In this document: positions 1 through 13,737 of the stretch, piece after piece | Position numbering within the stretch: position 1 is the stretch's first letter | Layout of the letters: each line of letters begins with the position of its first letter | From: the human T2T-CHM13v2.0 reference genome, Homo sapiens | DNA length: 64,000 nt | Strand: one strand, 5' to 3' | Assembly (NCBI RefSeq): GCF_009914755.1 | Contig: NC_060947.1 | Notes under the pieces: generated by a model | Databases searched by the model: none | What the model saw: only the letters and a program-made list of their open reading frames with translations | What the model was told of the DNA's origin: nothing | Program-made: the position numbers and the translations under genes

Positions 1-272
1 AGAGGGCAAAAGGGAAGGTGCAGTGTGTGGAGATCACATGGAGATATAGGAAGCAAGAGAAAGACGGGAGAGGCCATGTTTTTTTTAACAACAAACTCTT
101 GTGGGAACCAATAGAGTGAGAACTCACTCATCTCCTCCCCCAGGCTGAGCATTTATTTATGAAGGATCTGCCTCCCCCGTGACCCAAACCCTTCCCTCTA
201 GGCCCTAATCGTAACATTGAGGATTAAATTTCAATATGAAGTTTGTAGCAGACAGAAATCCAAATCACAGCA
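1..272 (-). mobile_element. MaLR LTR fragment (MST family), cut by window start
   Basis: gtgagaactcactca...gaaggatctgcc...aaatttcaatatgaagtttg...aaatccaaatcacagca resembles the reverse complement of an MST LTR 5' half. Confidence 0.75.
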
Positions 273-339
273 CATCTTTTGAACCTCCTTTCTCTTCTTT
301 TTTTAACTACCATTTTTGAAGTAAGACTTGAACAATTGC

Positions 340-750
340 AATGGTCTTTGAAATAGTTTTTCTGCCTCCAGTCTCACAGTGCTCCAAAGTTTTTCCGTGT
401 ACCGGTGTACCACTCCCTTAATAAAAACTCCTCAGAAGAAACCTACATGATTTAGAAAAAGTTGAAAACTACTCATCACGGACTAAAAGACCTTTCATGA
501 CCTGGTTTCAAGCAATGCTCAATAGAGCATTATTTAACATTCCATGAAAGTATAAATTTTATATGCTAGAACTTTTGTACACCTTAATTCTAATTTCTGG
601 ATCAATCCCCCTCTCTCATTCTCTCTCTCACCCCACTCCTCTAAGCCCAAGGAGACACTGAATATCTCAGTTTGTGTCAACTGTCTACCTCCACAAAAAA
701 CACTATGATCATAAGCATAGTGATACACAACAAACATATTGTTGTTAAAA
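340..750 (+). mobile_element. L2 LINE fragments (degenerate)
   Basis: ctgcctccagtctc...aaagacctttcatgacctgg and a 3'-end-like segment near 660-750; boundaries approximate. Confidence 0.4.
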
Positions 751-1172
751 ATCATCCTTATTAGTCAAGTAGGCAATCCTCAGAAGAGGAGTGCTATGCA
801 AATAATTCAAATGAGTGTCTATTATATTTATGATTTCAGACTATGAGTGATCATTATGTATGAGAAACAGCTTTAATAATACTGCTCCAAGCCCCTAATT
901 TGGGGAATTTTTATCAAGATTATAAGTAAATAATACCCTCTTCCCTGACCAAGTTATGAGCCAATTGAGAGACAAGACAAATAATTCACAGAAGCTGGCC
1001 AAAATATCACCTTCATTATTAGTAAAGCTCTTATTAGATAATGTACCTTATATCTGCAATAAAAAAGTAGACTACTTAATCCTAAATCCCATAACTAGGC
1101 AGATTTGTCTACCCTGTCATTGGCAGCAGTAAATTAGGAAAGGTATTCCAATGGGGGGAGCAAATTCCCCAT

Positions 1173-1518
1173 TGTGTTAGTCTGTTCTCACGTGGCTATA
1201 AAGTACCCAAGTGTTGGTAATTTATAAAGGAAAGAGGCTTAATTGACTCACAGTTCCACATGGCTGGGGAGGCCTAAGGAAACTTACAATCATGGTGGAA
1301 GGGGAAGCAGGCACCTTTTTCACAAGGCGGCAGGAGAGAGGGTGTGCAGGAGAAAAAAAACCACCATTTATAAAACTGTCAGTTCTTGTGAGAATTCACT
1401 ATCATCAGAACAGCATGGGGAAGAATGTCCACATAATCCAATCCCTTCCCTTCTTCAGCACGTGGGGATTACAATTTGGGATGAGATTTGGGTGAGTACA
1501 CAGAGCCAAACCTTATCA
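1173..1518 (-). mobile_element. THE1/MSTA-type MaLR solo LTR
   Basis: Starts tgtgttagtctgttctcac, has aaagaggcttaattgactcacagttccacatggctggggaggcc, ends cagagccaaaccttatca; degenerate 5-bp flanks cccat/ttcat. Confidence 0.9.
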
Positions 1519-2340
1519 TTCATTAAGATTTACAATATAAAAGGAACACATGAAAATAGATGCTTCCCATAAAATACTCTTCAGAGAGACTGGAGAGGAA
1601 GGGGCAGGGCTATTCATGTTCAGTTCCCCATCTGACTCATTCATTAGTAAACAGGAAATACATTTAGAAAGACTGAGTAAGTTTCCTCTACACGAAAACA
1701 GCATCAGGAGAAAAAAATAAATCCATAAGTGTTTACCCATAATGCCACCAAAAACTTACTAAATCACTGAGTAATTTACAGGAAACTGTCTTTTCAAAGC
1801 CTCAGAAGCATCAGTTGTTCCTAATGCACAGGCAGGTTTGGCAAATTCTATACTGCCTCACGGAATTAAGTTTGTATTGTATTCCGAGAGAACCCTGAAA
1901 AACTCTTAAGGGTCTTGATTAATTGAATAACAAAGTTTTATTTTGTAAAGGATCAATGTACATTTGTGTGAAAAACCTGTATCAACGATATTGATTAAGT
2001 GCCTATGATCTACTGTCATGTTTTTAAAACTTTTCCACATTCTCAGTAAACATAGAAAATGTTAATAATTAGTGTAAAATAGTAGAGCAAATAGATATAG
2101 CTGCCACAGACTAGATGGACCACCTTAAGCACAAAATGTATTACATCGTGTCAGTTATAATGACCTGTTCACACAGAAGTTAAGGGTGTCTTACGTAATG
2201 CAAGTTTTGGTAAATTGGGATAAAAGTAAATACTTGCAACAGTGCCGCTCCTGACAGAAAGCATTCAGGTTACTTTAAAGGGTTATGTCATTGCTATTGT
2301 AGCATTGATCCATGTAAATCAGAACTTTTTTTTTTAATGG

Positions 2341-2427
2341 CTATGAGTATGGAATCTAACAGAGATTCTTCAATAATATATGAGGTAACATGACATTCTT
2401 TCAAACAGAGATTTGATTATCAGGTTT
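2341..2427 (+). repeat. Local direct repeat, copy A (87 bp; partner 3214-3299)
   Basis: Hand alignment: 9 differences over 87 columns (about 90%). Confidence 0.9.
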
Positions 2428-2699
2428 CTTATAAATCAGAAGATTTATATGGGTCAATGCTTTATATGGGTCAGTGCTGGAATATCAATGACATAAACCC
2501 TCATGAAGATTACAGTTAGAAACTACAGACATTAAAATAAATATTGTATAAATAAATAAAATTATTGTAATTACTAAAAAGAAAAGGTCAAGTGCACAAA
2601 TATGGCATGGTAGATAACCCAATATATATGAATATATACTAGTCAAGCAAAAATGAAAGGAAAGAATGTGCCAGACTCCAATAAACAGCATTTGTAAAA

Positions 2700-3150
2700 A
2701 ATCTGAGATAAGAACTTAACCAGTTTGAGCAACTAATAAATGTCTCATGTGATTTAACTGTATCATATCTATCGAGAATGGAGAGGACTGACATAAAATG
2801 AAGGTAAGAAAGACAAGGGCCAGGCCATGCAAAGCCTTATAGACAAAGTTAAAAAGTTTGAGTTTTGTCCTAAACCCAGTGGAAAGCCATCAGAGGACGT
2901 TAAGAAGATGAGTGGCGTGGTATAATTTACATGTATTAAAGAATCGCTCTTTAGTAGTGTTGACTGGCCAGGCCAAGAGTGCTAGTAGGAATTTCGATTA
3001 GAAGGCAGTTGCAGTTATCCAGATGAGACATCATATTAATGGGGCAATAATATTACAGGAGAAGATAGAGCAATAGTGACACTAAATATATATTTTGTTG
3101 GTATAGTGTATAGAATTTTACAAGATATTGTTTGTGGTGGTAACAATGAG
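2700..3150 (-). mobile_element. L2 LINE fragment
   Basis: agggccaggccatgcaaagccttatag...ggaaagccatcagagg...gttgcagttatccagatgagaca, typical purine-rich antisense L2. Confidence 0.65.
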
Positions 3151-3213
3151 ATAGTCATGTAGTTTACAGGAAAAGCGACAACACAGAAAGTGGTTGTAAA
3201 TTTCCTTTCATGT

Positions 3214-3299
3214 CTATGATATGGAAGGTAACGGAGATTCTTCATTAATATATGAGGTAACCTGGCATTCTCTCAGACAGAGATTTGATTATCAGGTTT
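3214..3299 (+). repeat. Local direct repeat, copy B (partner 2341-2427)
   Basis: ctatgatatggaaggtaacggagattcttcattaatatatgaggtaacctggcattctctcagacagagatttgattatcaggttt. Confidence 0.9.
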
Positions 3300-3384
3300 T
3301 TGAAATTTTCTCATAAATGTATACAGTTATAAATCATACCATGTGTATACATATGTATACACGCACACAGACACACACACAAAG

Positions 3385-3655
3385 AATTATCTTATGTGAT
3401 TCTGGGTGATGGCCTGGCCCCAGGTAGAATTTCTTCTCTCCTAGAGGATCCTCAGCCTGGCTTTTGAGGCCTTCCAAATTATCCAGTTAGGCTCACACAA
3501 ATCATGCAGAATAATCCTCCTTCCTCATGGGAAACTGATTAGAGGCTTTAATTGCATCAGCAAATTTTTTTCCCAGTATCACCTCGATTTCCATTTGACA
3601 GAATAACTGGGGACTATAGCATGGCCAAATTCACCCATCAAAAATACCATTATTG
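3385..3655 (-). mobile_element. MLT2-type ERVL LTR fragment
   Basis: gaggccttccaaattatccagttaggctcacac...tttgacagaataactggggactatagcatggccaaattcacccat, MLT2 5' end reversed. Confidence 0.6.
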
Positions 3656-4109
3656 TACCTGCAAAATCATTGTTTCTTGAAACATTTTATGTGTGGCTCT
3701 TGTTGGAAATCTACAACCCTACAATTCATGTTACCTTCATTATGTCATGAGAGTGATATAATTGACATTTCAGCCCACAGACTGGGCAATTAAAAGATCT
3801 CATTGAATTTTCTGCAGAGTTCTCTGGCTACACATCTATACCTTGTCTTTAGGCACCTGCTTTCTTTTTCTTTTTATATTTTCTCAATTAAATTTTGAAA
3901 TTTAAACTTTAAGGGAAGGTAATAACCTGAATGGAAGTGGAGGGAGAAGAAAATATGGAGGGATAAGAAGATACACAACATTTATCTCAAGAAATGTAAA
4001 AGTAAACTTACAAAAATTGTAAAGCACTCTCTGAGTGGTGATAAGCAACTTTCTGAAGTTACACTAATTCTATTCAGGCTCCAAAGTAGTTGACCTCCAT
4101 AACTCCATT

Positions 4110-4240
4110 TTATCTCACTGAAGTCTCACATACCCTAAGGGTGGTCATTTTACCCCATTTTATAGAGGGTCTGAACATTAAAATCATTTCTCCAAAGTCA
4201 CAGTATTTTCAACTTAAACTCACCTTTGATTCTCCATCCA
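4110..4240 (-). mobile_element. MIR SINE fragment
   Basis: ccccattttatagagggtctgaac...ccaaagtcacagt, MIR core reversed. Confidence 0.5.
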
Positions 4241-4496
4241 ATTGCTTCAACTCTATAAATTTTCAACTGGGCTTTGTGGAGTGTTAGAAATTCTGTGGAG
4301 ACGTCTCAGTAGCCACTATGGAGAAGGAATATGGGGAAGGCTGAGCAGTTTTTCTCTCACTTATTTTGCATTTTGGGCTCTCCCCTTTGGTCTGTGGAAG
4401 CCCTCTCATGTACTTTTGAAAACTGCCTCCTACTCCATCCGTAGAGTCATTATAGTGCTGTCATGTTAATAGCACATGATTATAGTCACGTGTCAC

Positions 4497-4840
4497 TGTT
4501 GCACAACTTCCTCTTTAGTTCAGCTAAAAACAGAGTCCTTGTCAAATGACCAGGAAGGATTAGGCTCGCAGACACATAGAAGGGTTAGAAAAATGGAATT
4601 TATTGGGTGAAAAGGAAAAAAACTCAGGAAAGCGAGATAGATTACTATTAACAGTCCCCCATCTCACAGATTGAATTCCAGGTTACTACCCTGGAACGGG
4701 AGAGACCAGGCTCCTCCCCGCTGAAAAATGAGGAAAAACATGAAAAAGGTTTTTCCATGGCTACACCCCAGTGTGCATTTCTCCCAGTGCACAGGCCAGT
4801 GGGAGGTTCTGCAGGGACTCTTTTATACTTGACTGTCTCC
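4497..4840 (-). mobile_element. ERV1 solo LTR, MER61-like, inserted in the Tigger3 left end
   Basis: tgttgcac...ttagttcagctaaaaacagagtccttgtc...cccagtgcacaggccagt...tatacttgactgtctcc; 4-bp flanks tcac/tccc. Confidence 0.7.
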
Positions 4841-4874
4841 TCCCTTAACAATAAATTTAGCTTCTGACGAATGT

Positions 4875-5243
<369 letters not shown>

Positions 5244-5989
5244 CTAGATGGGCTAGCCTACCACACACCTAGGGCATATAGTTAGCCTATTGCTCGTAGG
5301 CTACAAACCTGTAGCCTGTTACTGTACTGAATATTGTAGGCAACGATGACACAGTGGTAAGTATCTGTGCATCTAAACAGAAAATATACAGTAAAAGTGT
5401 GATATAAAAGAGAAAAATTCATACACCTGTAGAGGGCACTTACCATGAATGGAGCTTGCAGCACTGGGAGTTTGGTTGCACTGGTGAGTAAGTGGTGATG
5501 AGTGTGAAAGCCCGGGACATTACTGCACACTACTGCAGACTTTATAAACACTGTACACTTAGGCTACACTAAACTTATAAAAAGTATTTGTCAATAATAA
5601 ATTAACCTTAGCTTACTGCAACTTTTTTATTTTATAAACTTTTTAATTTTTTTAACTTTTTGCTCCTCACATTTAGTTTAACACGTACATCGTATAGCTG
5701 TTCAAAATATTTTCTATCTTTATATTTTTATTTTATAAGCTTCGTTCTATTTTCATTTGTTTTTACTTTTTAAACTTTTTTTTTTGTTGTTAAAAACTAA
5801 GGCACAAACGCACACATTAGCCCAGGGCTACACGGGGTCAGGGCCATCAATACGAATCTCTTCCACCTTTACATCTTCTTCCACTGGAAGTTCTTCTGGG
5901 GTATTAACATACATGGAGCTGTCTTCCCCTGTGATAACAATGCCTTCTTCTGGAATATCTCCTGAAGGACCCATCTGAGGTTCTTTTTC

Positions 5990-6406
5990 TTTCTTTTTTT
6001 TTATTATACTTTAAGTTTTAGGGTACATGTGTACAACGTGCAGGTTACTTACATATGTGTACATGTGCCATGTTGGTGTGCTGCACCCATTAACTCTTCA
6101 TTTAACATTAGGTATATCTCCAAATGCTATCCCTCCCCGACCCCGCACCCCACAACAGGCCCCAGTGTGTGATGTTCCCCTTCCTGTGTCCATGTGTTCT
6201 CATTGTTCAATTCCCACCTATGAGTGGGAACATGCGGTGTTTGTTTTTTTGTCCTTGCTATAGTTTGCTGAGAATGATGGTTTCCAGCTTCACCCATGTC
6301 CCTAACAAAGGACATGAACTCATCATTTTTATGGCTGCATAGTATTCCATGGTGTATATGTGCCACATTTTCTTAATCCAGTCTATCATTGCTGGACATT
6401 TGGGTG
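5990..6406 (-). mobile_element. L1PA (about PA4-PA7) 3' fragment
   Basis: polyT then ttattatactttaagttttagggtacatgtg; perfect TSD ggttctttttc at 5979-5989 and 6407-6417. Confidence 0.95.
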
Positions 6407-6417
6407 GGTTCTTTTTC

Positions 6418-6800
6418 ATCAATGTTTTAAGAACACATAAATGGAAGTTTGCTTCGGTTATCTACTTTTTCATCATTGATTTGCTTGTAAGCAACTAATG
6501 CACGATGCATATTCCTCTCTATTAATGAAAGCATTTGGATGTTGGGGTCCATGTTTTCAAGCTTTTTAAGAAGGTTGTTGAGGTCTGCAAAATTTCTGTT
6601 AAACCTTCACTGTGATTTTTCCTGGGGATTCTTCTTTTTCTTCCTTTGAAGTTTTCTTTTCCCTTGTCTCTTCTTCAGCTATGCATTCCTGTTCCAAGAA
6701 ATCATTAGTCAACTACTTAGGAACCATCTCTAGGGGCTTCTCATTGTCATTTTCATTCAAACCCAGGTATAAGTTGCTTGCTCTCTCAACTACAGCCTTC
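6418..6800 (-). pseudogene. Tigger transposase C-terminal remnant (frameshifted)
   Basis: Minus strand reads ...FADLNNLLKKLENMDPNIQMLSLIERNMHRALVAYKQINDEK, resembling the pogo/Tigger transposase C-terminus. Confidence 0.75.
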
Positions 6801-7069
6801 TAGGGTTTTGCAAACTCCATCGCATATGTGGTCTGGACTATTGCTGACCAAACTTTGTTATGCAGTGCATGACTGTATACCCGTGGCCACTTTATAGTAC
6901 CAAAGGTGTGTACCAACCATACCTGGCCAAACACTTTTTTCCTTAGTTCTTCATGCAACTGAAAATAATAGATTTGTTCAGTGGTGCAGTCATTTCACCT
7001 ATAATGTGCAAGTCAAATGTCTTTATCAGATAATTTTGATTTGAAGTCGATGGAATCAAGTTTTATTTT

Positions 7070-7345
7070 TTAGACACTGGGACTCTGGAATACGAGGAGC
7101 CTGAGTAGCAAAGGGTGGTCATCCACCTCACAAAGTGAAGCAGTCAGAATTAAGCAGGAAAAAAGACTGAACGTTCTGATACCATTTATGCTCTGAGTTA
7201 CAGCTGTGGCCAGGGGATGATTGCATTATTGTCCTTGGTTTCTATGATACGAGCCCCAGGTTTCCTTTATAAGCTATTCTTTTTTTTTCTTAAGCTACTT
7301 CATTGCAAGTTTGTAATAATTACAACTTAAGTTTCTAAGCAAATG
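7070..7345 (+). mobile_element. Old MaLR LTR fragment (MLT1J/K-like)
   Basis: 3' end ttcttaagctacttcattgcaagtttgtaataattacaac resembles old MLT1 termini. Confidence 0.45.
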
Positions 7346-7688
7346 TTCTCTGTAATAAAAAGAATCAATTTATCTATCATCTATCCATTTAAAATTTTAA
7401 AATCACTGAACTTCATAGAACTCCATATAAAATAATCCAATATTTCTAAAGCTTTATGTATTTGAACACTGTAGCCACTGAATATAAATTCAGATTTCCA
7501 GGCCCCACCTGCAGATGGGGGTTAGAGAAAAATAAATTTTAATCAACTACCTAATTCAATGGTGGTAAATGACTCAATTTTGAAATAAACACTGCCATTA
7601 TTTCTTTCTTGAATTTTGTGCAACATATTCAATATTTTCAACAGCATTTGCCTTGTATTATTTATTTGATCATGATAACAAAATTGGT

Positions 7689-7944
7689 CAGCATTTCTCA
7701 AAGTTTATTCTGTATAACATTAGTTCCCTGCAATGTTCTACAAAATTATAGTAAGATAAAAAGATCTCATGGCCAAATACATTGGGAAATGCTGCACATT
7801 TATATTTCTTTAATGGACAGTCACAATACATATCTATACTTTACGAGTATAGGAACCCCTGAGGCAAATAAGCCTATTTATTTTTGCTTAGTTTGGCAGT
7901 TTTAAAAATTCAGTTGATCACTTAACACACTTTAGCAAATGCTG
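7689..7944. mobile_element. hAT-Charlie MITE (Charlie18a-like), copy 1
   Basis: Ends cagcatttctcaaag / cactttagcaaatgctg; internal ttgggaaatgctgcac motif; inverted partner at 9160-9412. Confidence 0.65.
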
Positions 7945-8474
7945 GAAGAATATTAACACACAGAGATTTCGTGAGCAGAAATCAATCATAAATCATTATC
8001 CTTTGAGCCTCTGCATATAATAGCTGAAGGTACTGTAGTTTCTGATGGTCATTGGGAGCTCATCTAAAAAAAAATGTGTAGATTATAACATTGTGCTAAG
8101 AAGCAGAAAATACCTGATTTAGCTCTGGAAATGGAACAGAATTGAGAGCCTACAAACTGCCTTAACATATATGTGAGGACTTGAGATCAAGACCATATTT
8201 TTGTGAGTCTAATTTGTACAATTTTTGGATTTAAACTGCACAGAAATAGTGATTTATTATATGTTCAATGGCGTGCCATTGACAATTATGTTTTTGTTTT
8301 TCTCTCTTAATAGTACTTCCCTGAAACAAAGTACCTATATCAAAGCTTTTCTGTCATACTCTGTTTTATGTTTTCTTGGATGGGGAGTTGGAGGAGGGAC
8401 CTAAGCTTAGAAATATCTGAAACAGAAGATAGGGAAAGATTGGAGATGATTTTTAGAATCTGAATGATAGGTAT

Positions 8475-9093
8475 TATGATGATTAATCTTAGGTGTCAAC
8501 TTGACTAACCTAAGAGCTTCCCAGATAGCTGGTAAAACATTATTCTTGGGTATGTCTTCGAGGTTCTTTCGGAAGAAGATTAGCAATTGAATCAATAGAC
8601 TGTGTAAAGAAAATCACCCTCACCAAAACAGGTGGCCGTCCAATCCACTGGGATCAGAACAGAGCATAAAAGTGGAAGAAGGGTGAATTCCTTCTCTCTG
8701 CTTGAACTGAGACATCCATGTTCTCCTACACTTGGACATCATTGTTCCTGCTTTTCAGGCTTTTGGATTCCATCCAGGACTTACACCATCAGCTTCCCAG
8801 GTTCTCAGGCCATGGTACTTAGTCAAGGACTTACACCGTCACTCTCCCTGTTTCTGAGGCCTGGACTCTGACTGAATTATACCACAGGTTTTCCTAGTTT
8901 TCTGACTTACTGCCATTAGATCTTGCAGCTTCTATGCTTCAATAATCACATGAGCTAATTCCCATGATAAATGTTATCATATCCATATCTATCAATTTAT
9001 CTAGATACATAGATACATGCTAGATAGATAGATAGACAGACAGAGAGACAGATATCTCCTGTTGGTTCTGTTTCTCCAGAGAACCTTGTTACA
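8475..9093 (+). mobile_element. MLT2 (ERVL) solo LTR
   Basis: tatgatgattaatcttaggtgtcaacttgact ... gttggttctgtttctccagagaaccttgttaca; perfect 5-bp TSD ggtat (8470-8474, 9094-9098). Confidence 0.92.
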
Positions 9094-9159
9094 GGTATAT
9101 CATTTTATTTTGTCTAGTGAGAAAAATGCTCACTTAACCTCTTTGTATTAGTATTCATC

Positions 9160-9412
9160 CCGCATTTGCTAAAGTGTGTTCAGTGATCAAATACGTTTAA
9201 AAATGCCAAGCTAAGCAAAAATAAATAGGTTTATTTGCCTTAGGAGATACTGTACTCTTAGAGTAACAATTATCGATTGTGGAAAATACATGAAAGAAAT
9301 GTAAGTGTGCAGCATTTCCCAATATATTTTGCCGTGGGATTTTCTTTTCTTATAATTTTACGGATCATTGAAGTAAACCAATGTCCTATGGAACATATTT
9401 TAAGAAACTCTG
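9160..9412. mobile_element. hAT-Charlie MITE (Charlie18a-like), copy 2, inverted relative to copy 1
   Basis: Reverse complement aligns end to end with 7689-7944. Confidence 0.65.
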
Positions 9413-9509
9413 AGTAATACAGTTATCTCTACCATTTTGTATGTTTAAAATATTTCACATATCTCACAAAAAATAAAAATGAACTTAATACTGTATAACT
9501 CTGAACCTA

Positions 9510-10448
<939 letters not shown>

Positions 10449-11072
10449 TAATGAGTTTGGGGAATCAGTTGAAAGTACAAGGAGCAATACATTCGTTTTC
10501 CGCTTTAAGCGTAGAGTGCTCCTTTTCAGTAGTTTGGATCAAAATATGATAACAGGACATTGATTTATTGAATATTCTCATAAGCATGTTCATGGAACAT
10601 TCTTCAAAGTGCACTCTGCACAGTTTTAGCAGTTATCTTACATATTTACTACCAAAGAGTAATCTTGGAGTTAGGCAATTTAAGTGTACCTGGAAGTAGT
10701 AAATTGCATTACCGTAGAAATGAATTTTTCTCAAATTTGCAGCCATGGAGTTAGTTGAAATATATGCTATAATTATCAAACTATGTATGATGTTTGGAGA
10801 TAACTTGAAAGAGAGAGAATTATAATTTCTCACCATAGGAAACAACTTCGGCTTTGATTGCTCACTCGCTCATTTTGATTGCCACATATCTTCTCAGAGC
10901 ATTATTTTGTACAATAACACGGGCAGCTAAAGTAATTATCCATGATCACTTCTTTTTCCGTTCAACATCACTTTATGCTTTAATCGTTCCTAGTAAGGAG
11001 TTGAAAATATTTCAAAGTAATAATCTTGTTTATTGTATCTCTTTCGCTGAGCTACGTGGGATATACATTTTA

Positions 11073-11255
11073 GTGTGTGTGTGCGTGTGTGTGTGTACGC
11101 ACAGATGTGTATTACAGTGCACATTCTCCATCCTTAACTCAGTTTTAACTCTCAATATGTATGGTGCACACATTCATGTAAGCATGTCCGTGTGTGTGTG
11201 CGTGTGTGCGTGTCAGTGTGTGTGCATGTGTGTGCATGCACGCATGTGTGTGTGT
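11073..11255. repeat. Imperfect (TG)n/(TGCG) tracts
   Basis: Two alternating purine-pyrimidine tracts, 11073-11100 and 11190-11255. Confidence 0.9.
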
Positions 11256-11814
11256 TTTAAGGAGAGAGGTGGCATGCAACAGGGTATTTGTTAGCTAATC
11301 TGTTTTCAATTGCTGCCATTTGCAAATAAACTAGGATCCTGAAAGGGCATACATTATTTCTGTGTCAACTACTGTTTTTTGTTGTTGCTGTGTTGTGCTT
11401 GTTTTTGTTTTTGTTTGTCCAAAATATGGTTAGACTAAATAGAACAAGGACCATGGGCAGATTGCTGAGTAAATATACCTTTTAATTTTAAGACCATTGT
11501 TATTGTCAAAGAAAATCACTCTAGGTTTCTTTAGGGTTAGAATATAAGAACCTCAGTTACCTGCAGAACCAATCTCTTACAAATTCCACTTTGTTATAAA
11601 TACATGACCAATGCTTCAGTCGTTCATTTGGTTTTATTGTCATTGTTCTAAATGGTTGATATTTAGTCTCTCCAGTATGAAATAAAAATTTCAAAACAAA
11701 AAGATGAGTAAGCATTATTTTAAGGTCTTTATATCTGTTATTAATTATAGCATCTAAAGCATATTAATGTCTGGAATCAGAGAACAAGAAGGAAGTTTGG
11801 ATTTCAGATACAAT

Positions 11815-11996
11815 AATTATTAATGTGGCTGCTCATTAAAATCACCTGTAGGACTCGTTAAAACTATGCAGATCCTAGTTTCAAACCTCCCCAAACCTAC
11901 TAAATTAGGATCTCTGAGGAGACAAGGCTTGGGAATCTGCATTTAAAATTCAGTTCTCCAGATGATTCTCCCAGTCTCCTTGGTAAAGAACCTCTG
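11815..11996. mobile_element. MER5-type hAT MITE
   Basis: ggctgctcattaaaatcacctg...gggaatctgcatttaaaa...ccagatgattct...aagaacctctg. Confidence 0.75.
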
Positions 11997-12004
11997 ATCT
12001 AGAC

Positions 12005-12150
12005 AAATCCTTTTATAACATAGGTGAAGAGACTGAGGCTCAGAGCAATTAATTCCCTGGTCTAATGTTATACAGTGAGTTAATGACAGAGATGAACTAA
12101 AATTTAGCTCTCTTGTCTCTGGACCTATCTCCTGCAGTTTCTCTACTCTG
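12005..12150 (-). mobile_element. MIR fragment
   Basis: aggtgaagagactgaggctcagagc...tacagtgagttaatgacagag. Confidence 0.75.
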
Positions 12151-12909
12151 ATATATTCCTATTTTAGCAATGAGAGCTCTGCTTCCTTTACAATGCATAT
12201 GTAAGCGTGACATTAATATTGATTTTCTAAACTGCTGAAATTTTACAGAACTACTTGTACAGGACAAGTGTTGAAAGATAATTAATTTGTAAATAATTTT
12301 ATAAACCTAATTTATTTTTAACAGCCCTCAGACTCTTCTTGGAGGATATAGATTATGATTTTTCACTTCTAGAACTATTTTCACAACCAGATCATGTTAT
12401 TTATACATTATTTTTTATTTAAGTAGGTCGCATTGTACAAATCTTATTGTTCTATTATTTGAAAAGTTTTGCAAACTAAAAAATACTTATAATTGTGGTC
12501 TTCTAACCAAAGGAATAATACAGTGCATTTGGGGACATATAAAATATACAAAGATAATGAAAACTAATATAGTGTATACATAGAAGAGGAGAAACAGATC
12601 ACCCTTAAAGTATTCACTATGCACAATTTTAATACATCACTTAGTATATACAAACAATATGATAGGTGCTGGGGTTACAGAGCTTGCCCAAACAATCTTA
12701 TCATCTTGGTTGTGGGGGCGGACAAGCATATGTATGAATGCTAATAATATAAAATATGTCTAACGATGTCTTAAAGTAAATCACACTGAGGTAGCACTGT
12801 TTTAAGGCAGCACTGTTACCTAGTTGAAAGGGCATGAGCCGTGGGGATGAAACACTAGATTTTATCTCCAGAGAGTTGCAAATGAACAACTTAGATTCTA
12901 ATCAATAAT

Positions 12910-13190
12910 AGGTTATTTTAAGTCGGTGTATTTTGTATCTTGTTTTAAGAAGCTTTTGCTACCTCAGGGTCTAATATATCTTTACTATATTTTTTTACTA
13001 AGAGTTAGAAGTTTTTTGATAATTACGTCCATAATCCATCTGGAATTTTTTTTATATAGTGTGAGCAAATAATCCAATTTAAGGGGGGTCTCCCTATGGA
13101 AAATTATTTTGTCCAGTTCAGTTTGTTGAACAATCCATTTTCCCCCCACTGACATGACAAGCCAAATATTAATACCCCATCCCACCACAT
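12910..13190 (-). mobile_element. Old L1M ORF2 fragment
   Basis: ataatccatctggaatttttttatatagtgtgag...tttgttgaacaatccatttcccccact. Confidence 0.65.
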
Positions 13191-13737
13191 ACCTTAAGCA
13201 TCTTGGTACTCTTCAGGTCTGAAAAAACAAGACCTTCAAACTAATATTGGTGTACAGCCTCACACACAAAAAAGGTTTTGCATAGATCATTTCATCCTAT
13301 AATCATACTATAACAATAATAATGACTTATTTTTTGTTTTTGGATATTTCCCAAAATATAGATGGATATAGTCAGAAAAAGATTTAGAAAAGGAGAGCAA
13401 GATAAAAGTTAATTTATAACAAGATTTTTAATAAGATTTTGCATTCTCAAAGCAGATTAATAATGATAAGTGAGATGAGTCTGAATCTAAACTCATGAAG
13501 GAAAGTTATTCAGAAAATTGGGCTAAAATCCCAAATGAATAGTTCATATGGGAAGTTCTGCAGATATGTTCAATAGAATTCTGTGAAACATGTTTGATAA
13601 TAAATGGCAAAAGCTTTCATTTCTTCTGATAAGAGATCTGTAATTGCTTTTTTGGGTTCTTTACATTCATGATAAGAATCCTAAGACCTTGCAGTTCACA
13701 CAAGGAAAGAGAGTGATGGTTATGTAGCAATGATTAC

